NCBI GenBank assembly: GCA_963849165.1
Contig: CAWKGJ010000003.1
Span: forward strand, 252,018 to 316,017
Reading direction: 5' to 3'
DNA from: an uncultured Solirubrobacterales bacterium
GTDB taxonomy: Bacteria; Actinomycetota; Thermoleophilia; Solirubrobacterales; 70-9
Length of the DNA: 64,000 nucleotides
The notes under the pieces are model-generated. The model worked only from the letters and a program-made list of their open reading frames with translations. It ran no database searches and had not been told where the DNA came from. Positions 28,294-36,721 of this stretch are shown piece by piece (the stretch's first letter is position 1; the number at the start of each line of letters is the position of its first letter). A program made the translations under genes and the position numbers.

Positions 28294-28505
28294 TCCGCCT
28301 GCTCTTCACGATCACCATCACCCTCCTCCTCGCAGGCTGTATAGCCAGCTACCTGGACTCCCCAGAGCGCCAGGTCTATAGGAAGGCCGTAGAGAAATGC
28401 GGCTCTGAGGAAGTGCTGAAGATCTTCTGGCTGGGCTCGAGGAAGAAGCGGGCCTTGGTGATCTGCTCGGGGTTGAACGACGGCGGGGTGGTGGGGGTTC
28501 GGTGA
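28290..28505 (+). CDS. putative lipoprotein
   Basis: GTG 28290 (GTGA overlap); signal plus lipobox ITLLLAGC. Confidence 0.5.
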   Translation: MIRLLFTITITLLLAGCIASYLDSPERQVYRKAVEKCGSEEVLKIFWLGSRKKRALVICSGLNDGGVVGVR

Positions 28506-28624
28506 GCGACTTGAGGAAGTACACCCTGGCTCAAGGCGGCGGCAGCGTCATCCTCCACGTCGCGGAGTCCGTGCATGAACTACGCGCTGCGCTAGCCCCC
28601 TTCGATAGCGAGGAGGAGAAATGA
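28502..28624 (+). CDS. hypothetical 40-aa protein
   Basis: GTGA and ATGA couplings only. Confidence 0.25.
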   Translation: MSDLRKYTLAQGGGSVILHVAESVHELRAALAPFDSEEEK

Positions 28625-28794
28625 GTGGCACCCCGATTCCCAAACTCGCCGAATTGATGATGCTCAAAGAGTCCATCACCTCTGTCTCGCTCTCCCACGA
28701 CCAGGGCTGCGACTGCGATACCTGCAAGGCGGCTCAGGGTGATGAGGAAGCCTTCGCTCGGGTGGTCGACCGGCTGGAAGCGAGCCGCCCATGA
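28621..28794 (+). CDS. hypothetical 57-aa protein
   Basis: ATGA couplings; CDCDTC motif. Confidence 0.3.
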   Translation: MSGTPIPKLAELMMLKESITSVSLSHDQGCDCDTCKAAQGDEEAFARVVDRLEASRP

Positions 28795-29045
28795 CCACCC
28801 TCAGACCTTCACAGATAGAGACGCTGAAGCTGGTCGATTCGTTCCCGGACAAGCAGGTCATCGCCTCGGATCTCGCCCACGCCTTCGACACCACGATCCG
28901 CTCCGGCGAGAGTCGCCTCGCTCGCTTAGAGGCATGTGGGTCACTCGACTACGTCCGAATCCCTTGGCTCAACGGCCGGTGGATCTTCGTCTATCGCCTC
29001 GCCAATAAGGGTCGATCAGAGCTACCGAGCGGGGGAGAGCAGTGA
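28791..29045 (+). CDS. winged-helix DNA-binding protein
   Basis: 84 aa; MarR-like wHTH pattern (VIASDLAHAFDTTIRSGESRLARLEACG). Confidence 0.5.
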   Translation: MTTLRPSQIETLKLVDSFPDKQVIASDLAHAFDTTIRSGESRLARLEACGSLDYVRIPWLNGRWIFVYRLANKGRSELPSGGEQ

Positions 29046-29230
29046 AGCGCTGTAAGGCATCGGGGAAGCGCAAGTTCAGGATGAAGACCGACGCGTTGAT
29101 CACGTCCCTGCACGTCTCTGCCAGCCCAGTCGGTGCAACTACTGGCGGGGCTTATGTCTGTCCGCATTGCGGGTTCTGGCACCTGACCAGCAAGGTGAAG
29201 GCCCTCTCCGAGACCGGCGGTGGGTCGTGA
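29042..29230 (+). CDS. small zinc-ribbon protein (paralog of 59648-59902)
   Basis: K-x-F/Y...YVCPHCGFWHLTS, compare VYRCNSCNRFHITS. Confidence 0.45.
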   Translation: MKRCKASGKRKFRMKTDALITSLHVSASPVGATTGGAYVCPHCGFWHLTSKVKALSETGGGS

Positions 29231-29379
29231 GCGGCTGCGTTCCGAACTGCATCGCGTGCCGCTGTGACGCCGATTGGCCGATTCGGCTCCCGGACCTTTC
29301 GGGCGTTGATGCGCTCGCGGCCAAGTGGGAACGCCTGCGCCGCGAGCTCGCAGACCCATACCTAAAGGAGCAGGGATGA
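29227..29379 (+). CDS. hypothetical 50-aa Cys-rich protein
   Basis: GTG 29227 (GTGA overlap). Confidence 0.3.
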   Translation: MSGCVPNCIACRCDADWPIRLPDLSGVDALAAKWERLRRELADPYLKEQG

Positions 29380-29888
29380 AGCTGAACAAGAACACCCGCA
29401 AGGCCCTATACGAGGCAGCACCGAAGACCACCGAAATCACCTGGCCTCAGGACGCTCCAGAGCCAAGCTGGGGCCATCGCTACCCGGTCTACACCGAAGA
29501 GGGCAACTACGCCTTCACGGTCCGTCTGGAAGGCTCCCACAAAGGTCCCTACGAGACGAAGGCCACGGTGAGGATCGACTCCGACCCGACGCGAGTGCTG
29601 CCAGGGCTGAAGGGCGTGAGGACCGACGCCGGCGACTACGAGACTGAGCCGGAGCGCGTCGACCGGGCGTTTGAAGACGAACTCGCGATGACGGCGCGGT
29701 ACGGGTCACGGGTTAGGCGGGCTGAAAGGCGCCCGGTTGAACGCCAAGTCGAGCTTGAAGGCGAACTCCAAGAAGCGCGCAGCAGCGGCCAGTCAGGGCG
29801 AACCCGAAAGCTGGAAGCGAAGCTCTCCCAGCACCACCGACGCACCGAAGACACGCAGGCTGTTTTGCCGCCTCAGCAAGCGGCATAA
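29376..29888 (+). CDS. hypothetical phage protein
   Basis: 170 aa, ATG 29376 overlaps upstream TGA. Confidence 0.5.
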   Translation: MKLNKNTRKALYEAAPKTTEITWPQDAPEPSWGHRYPVYTEEGNYAFTVRLEGSHKGPYETKATVRIDSDPTRVLPGLKGVRTDAGDYETEPERVDRAFEDELAMTARYGSRVRRAERRPVERQVELEGELQEARSSGQSGRTRKLEAKLSQHHRRTEDTQAVLPPQQAA

Positions 29889-29993
29889 TGGCGACGATCT
29901 CTGTATCACGTGGCTGGTCAGCGGCTCTTGGCGGAGAGGCAAAGGAGTTCGCCGTGCCGGAAACAGCAGCGCGCAACACTCGCACCTGGCGTC

Positions 29994-30149
29994 GTGAAAT
30001 GTCGCCTTCAGCGGCTCGGCTTCGCGGACTACAGCGAATACCTGCGCTCCCCGGCTTGGATCGACAAGCGCAACGAATACTGGTCGGCACCGGAGACCCA
30101 GAAGGCATGTGAGGTCTGCGGAAGCCCTGAGCGTCCGCTGGTTCTGCAC
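29994..30149 (+). pseudogene. HNH endonuclease, N-terminal half (interrupted)
   Basis: YLRSPAWIDKRNEYW...CEVCGSPERPLVLH ends at the first His of the expected HH dipeptide; downstream reading is junk. Confidence 0.5.
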
Positions 30150-30268
30150 GGCAATTGTGTAGCCGCGACACGTACCGCTCTGCGCCGCCCCCCGCCTAGC
30201 CTTCCCGCCATCAGAAAATCAATGGCCCCGGCGGCGGTGGAACGCCCCGGGGCCGTGGCACCGAAAGG

Positions 30269-30535
30269 TTGGGCCTCTCGATGCATCACAAGGCTATTCC
30301 GCGCCCTGAGGGCGGCGCTATCGAACTCGAGGACGTGCAGCGCGTCGTGCTCGGCCTGGTCCTCGCTGAACACCCTTGTCAGATGACCGTCTCGGAGATC
30401 GGGAGGGAGATCGACAACCGCCCCGCTGTTGATCAGGCCGTTGACGATCTTGGGCGCGCCGGCCTACTTAGACGGGTCGGTGCATCGGTCCTCCCGACCC
30501 GTGCCGCGCTCCACTTCGACCGGCTTGCGGCATGA
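30269..30535 (+). CDS. winged-helix protein (cassette gene 1)
   Basis: VVLGLVLAEHPCQMTVSEIGREI...AVDDLGRAGLLRRVG pattern; start TTG 30269 or ATG 30281. Confidence 0.45.
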   Translation: MGLSMHHKAIPRPEGGAIELEDVQRVVLGLVLAEHPCQMTVSEIGREIDNRPAVDQAVDDLGRAGLLRRVGASVLPTRAALHFDRLAA

Positions 30536-30807
30536 TCGACGTAGCCGGTCGTTTTGGCGACAACCTCGCCCGCGTTCGTCGCGAAGCCGACCTCTCTCAG
30601 GACGAGACCAGCATCCGCGCCTCGGTCCACAGGACCGAGATCAGCCAGATCGAGAGAGGTCTGCGGATTCCCCGGATCGACACGCTCGTGAAGCTCATGG
30701 GGGCGCTTGAAGCCACCGCCGGTGAGCTGCCGGAGGGGATCGCGTGGACGCCCGGTGAGTCTCGACGCGGCTCCTTCAAACCCGAGGATGAGAGCACCCG
30801 CCCCTAA
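30532..30807 (+). CDS. XRE-family HTH regulator (cassette gene 2)
   Basis: NLARVRREADLSQDETSIRASVHRTEISQIERGLRIPRIDTLVKL; ATGA overlap with gene 1. Confidence 0.7.
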   Translation: MIDVAGRFGDNLARVRREADLSQDETSIRASVHRTEISQIERGLRIPRIDTLVKLMGALEATAGELPEGIAWTPGESRRGSFKPEDESTRP

Positions 30808-30930
30808 GAAGGGGTCAACAGGGAAACGCCGGGATGCGTTGTATAGTCCTAAGCAGGAAAGGGCTTCCGGGCCGGCCAAACTGGACGGCCGACCCGGGTC
30901 GACACCCTGTTAGTCAGTGACCCAGGTACC

Positions 30931-31308
30931 TTAGGTATGACCCTCCTGGGAACGCGTGGCCATTGACAGTGGCTCGCCATTCCCATTCTCTGGAGCCCCC
31001 GGCAGCGCGGCCTGACCGGCCTCGCTTTCGGAAGCAAGTTCGTAGTAGCCCTTGGCGGGCCTGGAAAGCTTGTTCTCCTTGACCAGGGTTGAAGCCATCA
31101 TCTGAAGACGATGGTGGTCTTTCTTGGAGTCGGTCAGCCAGCCCCGCTCCTGAAGATCCTTGTTCAACTCGGTCAGTCTGATCCCCAATCCCTGCGGCTT
31201 CTCGGTCATGACGGACAGGACCGCCTTCCGAAGCGGGGGGATCTCCTTGCCGGGGGTGCCGTTGGTCGCCTGGCCGTTCGTGGGCATCTCGCCAAGCTGA
31301 CGCGTCAA
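30931..31308 (-). CDS. winged-helix / HARE-HTH-like protein (cassette gene 3)
   Basis: LRKAVLSVMTEKPQGLGIRLTELNKDL...KLSRPAKGYYELA; lower-GC codons. Confidence 0.45.
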   Translation of the reverse strand: MTRQLGEMPTNGQATNGTPGKEIPPLRKAVLSVMTEKPQGLGIRLTELNKDLQERGWLTDSKKDHHRLQMMASTLVKENKLSRPAKGYYELASESEAGQAALPGAPENGNGEPLSMATRSQEGHT

Positions 31309-31348
31309 GCCATAAAGAGTCCGCCAAGTGCTCTGCTCTTCCCTGCAC

Positions 31349-31687
31349 CACCGAACTTACGATCGAGTAGGCGAAGAGGAGTTCGCGGAATTGGCGGCGC
31401 TCTGTCCCGGCTGCCACGAACTAGTCCACATTCTGGAGCGCCGAGGCGATCTTGACGGCATAGACGCCGACCTGTCCTCCCTGGCCGATCCTTCACGGTC
31501 CGTCAAGTTTCCAGAACTGACGCTTGACCTCGCGACCAAACGAGGGCTTCTGGCAATCGAAAGCCGCCTCCGCAACCAGTACAAGCGCCTCTCTGGGGAT
31601 CATCAAGTGCGGACCAAGAAGACCATCGTCCGCAACATCATCTCGCTGGAGAAGAAGCGGGAATCGCTATTGGAGACTTCGCCATGA
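31349..31687 (+). pseudogene. HNH endonuclease, C-terminal half (interrupted); open as ORF from GTG 31328
   Basis: HRTYDRVGEEEFAELAALCPGCHELVH is the core HNH/CxxCH motif without its upstream CxxC. Confidence 0.5.
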
Positions 31688-31848
31688 CCAACCAGGCAAT
31701 CGCAGAGAAGCTGAAGCCCCGACCAACGATCTGGTGCAACGAAGGCAAGCACGACGAATGCAAAGGCTGGGGCGAAACGATTTTTGACCCTCCCCGCGTC
31801 GTCGTCCAGTGCAATTGCCCATGTCACGAGCAGAACCGCCATGACTGA
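31684..31848 (+). CDS. hypothetical 54-aa Cys/His-rich protein
   Basis: ATGA overlap; WCNEGKHDECKGWG...CNCPCHE. Confidence 0.35.
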   Translation: MTNQAIAEKLKPRPTIWCNEGKHDECKGWGETIFDPPRVVVQCNCPCHEQNRHD

Positions 31849-32383
31849 CCTAGCCGAGAGGCCGAAGAAGAAGCAGATCCACAAGAGCTACGGCACCGAA
31901 GAAATCAGCCGCGGACTCGTAGCGATCGCCTACGCCAACGGGAACACCCGGCAGGCCGAGCGCGACTTAGCCGAGGACGGTCTAAGGATTGACCACAACA
32001 CGCTCCACTACTGGAAGACCAAGAACCACGCCCAGGAGTACGAGCGCATCAGAGCCGAAGTCCTCCCCAAAGTCAGGGAGGAAGCAGGCGATCAACACCT
32101 AGCCCTCGCCCGCCGGCAGATGGAAGCCTCAGCTATGGCCACTGACGAGTGGATCAAGCGCCGTCACGAGCTAGACCCCAAGGACCTCTCCACGGCAGCC
32201 CGCAACTTCGACGTAGGTTCAGGCATCCACTCCCAGCACGCCCAGGTCTTCCACGACCAGCCCACCAGCCGAGTAGCAGTGGACCTCTCAGGCACGCTCA
32301 AAGAGCTGAAGAGCATGGGCGTAGATCCTGCGGTGGTTTTAGAGGCCGAGGTTGTCAGCGAGGAAGACGTCTCGGATGAGTGA
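31841..32383 (+). CDS. putative terminase small subunit
   Basis: HTH-like N-part (ISRGLVAIAYANGNTRQAERDL), size, and position ahead of the packaging/structural genes. Confidence 0.5.
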   Translation: MTDLAERPKKKQIHKSYGTEEISRGLVAIAYANGNTRQAERDLAEDGLRIDHNTLHYWKTKNHAQEYERIRAEVLPKVREEAGDQHLALARRQMEASAMATDEWIKRRHELDPKDLSTAARNFDVGSGIHSQHAQVFHDQPTSRVAVDLSGTLKELKSMGVDPAVVLEAEVVSEEDVSDE

Positions 32384-32778
32384 GGCCAGCGCCCATATGA
32401 AGAGAGAAGGCCGGTGCGCGACGCTCAGCCTACGTGGTGTCCCTTGCGGTCGTGAGGCAGGCCATACAGGCTCCCACGCTCACGGACTGGCCAGCCTCGG
32501 ACGTACAAACGCGCGTGACCCATCCTGACCCCCAGCTAGTCAGGCTTGCAGTCAAGGCAAGCCCCTTTCGGCTCTCGCAAGCCAGGTCTCCTAGGTCTCA
32601 ATCATTAGACAAGGCGCGACTCCGAACACTCTCCGAACATCGGAGTCCGGATCACGTATAAGGGGGAGGGGGAAGGGGCAAGCGGCTGCGCGTGGGCTAT
32701 ATAGAAATTAGACCCCCGACTGACATTTCCCAGACAAACGGCCTTTGTAGTGTCAATACAGTCTGGTACTGTCAATAC

Positions 32779-32880
32779 ATGGCTAGAGAGCGGGCAATCC
32801 AGATCCGAGTCTTCGATCACGAGTACGCAGTGATCGGCGCCGAAGCGCAAGAGCGCGCTCGCCGCCAACTCGGCCTGTAG
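32779..32880 (+). CDS. possible 33-aa ribbon-helix-helix-like peptide
   Basis: MARERAIQIRVFDHEYAVIGAEAQERA; ATG abuts the second TGTCAATACA repeat. Confidence 0.25.
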   Translation: MARERAIQIRVFDHEYAVIGAEAQERARRQLGL

Positions 32881-32939
32881 TTCCCACCGCCTTCCGATTC
32901 TCCTGGCCCACTTGGGCCATCTCTACGTGAAAGGACTCC

Positions 32940-33173
32940 ATGAGCACCAAGACCACGAAAAAGCCTGCTGCCAAAAAGCCCTCAGCCCCGGCCAAGAAGG
33001 CGGCTCGGGTCAAGGACATCGTCACCTATTGCCTTCCCAGCGGTGGTGGGGATGTCCCGGCGATCGTCACCGCTGTCGACGGGAACGAGGCATGCCTGAC
33101 CGTCTTTGCAACCGTCGGTCCCTACGTTGCCCACGACGTCACTCACGGCACCAAGGCCGGGTGCTGGCGTTGA
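32940..33173 (+). CDS. hypothetical phage protein with Lys/Ala-rich N-terminus
   Basis: 77-aa ORF. Confidence 0.45.
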   Translation: MSTKTTKKPAAKKPSAPAKKAARVKDIVTYCLPSGGGDVPAIVTAVDGNEACLTVFATVGPYVAHDVTHGTKAGCWR

Positions 33174-33346
33174 ATCGCCGACAGATCACTCAGACTGCGA
33201 TGAAGCAGGCGCCATTCACCCAAGGTCCCCGATTCGGCGGACCAAGTAAAGGTCGTCCCGCTAAGCCGCTGAAACCCATCAAGGGCTCAAGGGTCCGGGG
33301 CATCCCTGGGGCGCAGTACCTCGCAGGGATGAAGCGCGGGCGCTAG

Positions 33347-35155
33347 ATGCCTCGTCGCGGGCCTGGATCGGAAAGCGCCGGCTACCACTACGACGCAACC
33401 CCAAAGCGTCCCGCGCCTACGAAGACGCCCGTAGTCGCCCCCAAGCCTTCAGAAGCCGCCAGGGGCCCGGCTGGGGATTACGTAGGCGCGGGAGCCGACT
33501 ACGCCCAAGCAGTGCGTACGCTGCCACCCAAAGCGCGAGCGGTCACCGAGGCGGCTACCAGACGTTCCAGACAGGCCGCCCGGGATAAGAGACAGCGAGT
33601 TCGTGCGGTCGCCCAGACTCGCCAGAACGCCACTAAGCGACAACGCTTAGCTACGAGATCCGAGAAGCGAGTTCGACAGACCGAAAAGGCAGTCAAGGCC
33701 AAGCGCTTCGAGCCCAACCCGGCGAAGGCGATCATCTCCTCGAAACTGAACCCCGTAGCGAAACCTCCGACCTTCAAGGGCAGGCCCACGGCCGGAACTC
33801 CGACTCGTCAGGAACTTCGGAAAGCAGCGAGTGCAGGGACGCTCAAGGTGAACCGAAAGGGCTCTGTCACCACCCCCGCCGTGCGCGAAGCGTCACGGAC
33901 TTTGAAACAGGCCAAGAAGGCAGCTCGCAAGGCAGCGCCGCGAGTAGAGGGACCGCTGACCAGAGGCCAGAAAGTTTTTGCCCGGCGTCTCGCTAGGAAG
34001 ACTCCTCTCTCACCGCGCGTTATCGCCGCTCAGGAGCTTGCCGAGCAGAGTGGAGAAGCTGCGGCCCGGCGAGAGGCGGAGGGCAACCACAACTGGTTGA
34101 ACATCGGCTACTTCGACTCTGGGCCGGGACAGCTCACCGCGGATCAGACCTGGAGCAATCCCAAGAGCGCCGCCGACGCTACCGCCCGTTTCCTCGAGGG
34201 CAGGCAGTTCGGTGCGAGCGAGGGCATCAAGGCCATCCTCCCGGCGGCGAAGGGAAAGCCGGATCGGGAGCAAATCGCGGCGATAGCGCGCTCCGGGTGG
34301 GCGACGAATCCCGAGTACCAGTCCTTGATCGAAGGGACTCACGATCTTGTCAGCGCCAAGCCGGGGAATCCAAAAGCGGCCAAACGCCTGAAACGAGCCC
34401 AAGTGAATGCGGCCAAACTTGGGTTGCGTGCCGCCCAGCCCAAAGGAACCTTGGGACCGCCGCCCAAAAAGGTCATCACCCGTTTCAAGGCCGCTCGGGT
34501 CGCGGCCAAGGAACTGGAGAAGGCGAAGCTGCCCTACGTCTGGGGCGGCGGCCACAACACCGGAGACGTTGATCTCGGTTCTGGCGTCGACTGCTCAGGC
34601 GCGGTCTCCTACGTGCTCCAGAAAATGGGGGTCAAGCTTCCCGGCGGCGTCGTCTCGGGGGAGATGGGCAGCTACGTCAAGCCCGGTCCCGGCGCCGTGA
34701 CGGTCTTCTACAACCCGACGCATACCTTCATGCGGATCGGGAACGAGTACTTCGGAACCTCCGCTTCCAACCCAGGCGGTGGCGCAGGGTTCATCCCGAC
34801 CTCTGTGGCTGAGCCTGAGGCGCTGAGCGGCTCCTACTCCGTGGGCCACATTCCCGGTCTCGGCAAGAAGGTCGCCCTGCAACTCGGCGTCTCAGCTTCT
34901 GCTGGCGGCGTCCCCTCTTTCCCCGGCATGACCCTCTCGTCAAGCGGCACGACGGCCACTATTGATCAAGGTGCCGGCGCGACGCAGAGCAAGCCGGGAT
35001 TCTCCAAGGTACCGATCAAGCTCACTCGCCAGCAGAAATACAGGCGCGCCACCCGCAAGCTCAGAGAAGCGGGGGTAGGCGGCGATACGCAGGAGCCGGA
35101 AGTCAGCGAGACGATCAAGGCGTTGGAGGAGAAATACGGCGCCAGGGCGGCATGA
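33347..35155 (+). CDS. two-domain peptidoglycan hydrolase (glucosaminidase-like plus NlpC/P60 endopeptidase) with basic N-terminal region
   Basis: NHNWLNIGYF...IARSGWATNPEY (glucosaminidase-like); LPYVWGGGH...GVDCSGAVSYVL...HTFMRIG (NlpC/P60 Cys-His). Confidence 0.75.
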   Translation: MPRRGPGSESAGYHYDATPKRPAPTKTPVVAPKPSEAARGPAGDYVGAGADYAQAVRTLPPKARAVTEAATRRSRQAARDKRQRVRAVAQTRQNATKRQRLATRSEKRVRQTEKAVKAKRFEPNPAKAIISSKLNPVAKPPTFKGRPTAGTPTRQELRKAASAGTLKVNRKGSVTTPAVREASRTLKQAKKAARKAAPRVEGPLTRGQKVFARRLARKTPLSPRVIAAQELAEQSGEAAARREAEGNHNWLNIGYFDSGPGQLTADQTWSNPKSAADATARFLEGRQFGASEGIKAILPAAKGKPDREQIAAIARSGWATNPEYQSLIEGTHDLVSAKPGNPKAAKRLKRAQVNAAKLGLRAAQPKGTLGPPPKKVITRFKAARVAAKELEKAKLPYVWGGGHNTGDVDLGSGVDCSGAVSYVLQKMGVKLPGGVVSGEMGSYVKPGPGAVTVFYNPTHTFMRIGNEYFGTSASNPGGGAGFIPTSVAEPEALSGSYSVGHIPGLGKKVALQLGVSASAGGVPSFPGMTLSSSGTTATIDQGAGATQSKPGFSKVPIKLTRQQKYRRATRKLREAGVGGDTQEPEVSETIKALEEKYGARAA

Positions 35156-36708
35156 ACAGGTTTCGTGTTCCGAGCCATCTACAGGGGAACAAGCAGCTAG
35201 AAGCCAAGCTCCGAGATGTGGTCGAGGCGGTGAGGATCAACCCGCTTTACGCGTACAACAACCCCGACCTCTCTTCCAAGGTCAACCTCAAGCAGCTCGC
35301 CTTCAATCGCGTCAAAGCCCCGGTCCTCGGAACGAAGGCGATGATCGCGGGAAATCGCTCGGGCAAGACCTACTGCTGCAAGGCAGACGACGTGATCCAG
35401 GTCGTGCCCCGCGAGGAAGTCCCCCCACACCTGATCGATTGCAAGAAGTTCGAAGTCCCCTGTCATATCTGGATGGGCGCACCGAAGTATTCCAAGCACG
35501 AGGACACCACGATCCCGACCCTTCGGCGGCTGATCCCGAAGAACCAGCTTCGCAACGGCAACTTCGACAAGTCTTATAGCTCCCAGTCGCGCCAGATCCG
35601 ATTGGAGTGCGGATCGACCATCGGGCTGAAGACCTACGACCAGGACATCGACGCCTGGGCCTCAGCGGAGATCCACCGCATTGACTGGGACGAGGAGCCC
35701 AACGGCGCCAACGGGCGGCGGATGCGTTCGGAGGCCCGAGCACGACTGATCTCCACGGGTGGCGACGAGATCATTGGCATGACTCCGGTCCTAGGGATTT
35801 CCACCTGGGTCTATGACGATGTCTTCGAGCGCCGCCACGAGCTAGGGATCACCGTCCACCAGATGGACATGCAGGACAACCCTTGGAACACGCCTGAGGC
35901 AATCGAGGAGTACCTGTCGGGCCTGAGCGATGAGGAACGCCGGGCTCGGGAAACCGGGGAATTCGTCCACTTCGGGGGCCTCTTCTTCGAAGAGTTCCGA
36001 GAAGCCCTACATGTGGTCGACATCCCGCCGGTCGAAGCCCTTCGCCAGCAAGACATCGTCGTCTCGATTGATCCCGGCCTCCGCCATACGGGCGTGACCT
36101 GGAGTGGATGGGACTCCGACAACAATGGACTCTTCTTCGCCGAGTACTTCCCGCCGACGACGAACGTGCCAGACATTGCCAGGGAAATTCACCGCCGCAA
36201 CAAGATGTGGAGCCTGAGAGAACCGACCTTCGTCATCGACCCGTCCTATCGAAATCTGACGACCGAAATCCATGCTGACGCGGTGCAGGCTAATTACGCC
36301 CGCGAGGAGATCTACGCGCAGCCCGGCAATAACGACCGCCGCGCTGGCATCCTTGAGATCAAGAAGCGGTTGCAGGCAAAGGACGCTCAGGGCAATCCCC
36401 ACCCCACCTTGCTCTACGCCAAGCCCGACCCAGATCGCCCAGACCTCGGTGTGCCGCAGTTGATCAAGCAGACCGAACGCTACCGGCGCAATCCCGATGC
36501 GGCCGATGAATGGCAGGCGGTTCCGCAGGATGAGCACACCCGCTTCGACCTTGTTGACAGCAAGCGCTACGGCGTGATGAGCCGGACCTGGGAGATCCCT
36601 GATGGCCCTGCCGAACGCCCTCCCCCTTCCCCCGAATACGGGTACGAGCCTCCGCTCGACCTAAGCGAGTTCCAAACCGAGGCTCCGCCCCTCGGGGACA
36701 TGTCCTAG
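35152..36708 (+). CDS. terminase large subunit
   Basis: Walker A-like IAGNRSGKTY, acidic Walker B region, C-terminal nuclease-like half, size and position. Confidence 0.85.
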   Translation: MNRFRVPSHLQGNKQLEAKLRDVVEAVRINPLYAYNNPDLSSKVNLKQLAFNRVKAPVLGTKAMIAGNRSGKTYCCKADDVIQVVPREEVPPHLIDCKKFEVPCHIWMGAPKYSKHEDTTIPTLRRLIPKNQLRNGNFDKSYSSQSRQIRLECGSTIGLKTYDQDIDAWASAEIHRIDWDEEPNGANGRRMRSEARARLISTGGDEIIGMTPVLGISTWVYDDVFERRHELGITVHQMDMQDNPWNTPEAIEEYLSGLSDEERRARETGEFVHFGGLFFEEFREALHVVDIPPVEALRQQDIVVSIDPGLRHTGVTWSGWDSDNNGLFFAEYFPPTTNVPDIAREIHRRNKMWSLREPTFVIDPSYRNLTTEIHADAVQANYAREEIYAQPGNNDRRAGILEIKKRLQAKDAQGNPHPTLLYAKPDPDRPDLGVPQLIKQTERYRRNPDAADEWQAVPQDEHTRFDLVDSKRYGVMSRTWEIPDGPAERPPPSPEYGYEPPLDLSEFQTEAPPLGDMS

Positions 36709-36721
36709 ACAGGAGACGAGA

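Larger units (their letters stand above)
30150..31348. other. 1.2-kb insertion cassette splitting the HNH gene, bounded by CTGCAC (30144-30149 / 31343-31348)
   Basis: Deleting 30150-31348 joins ...LVLH to HRTYDRVGEEEF...LCPGCHELVH in frame; cassette partly lower in GC. Confidence 0.45.

Noticed and set aside
32434-32661. 75-aa ORF in the terS-downstream island
   Set aside because: It has a GTG start with no SD and a composition unlike neighbouring genes, and it is interrupted by hairpins and repeats. I treated the region as non-coding.
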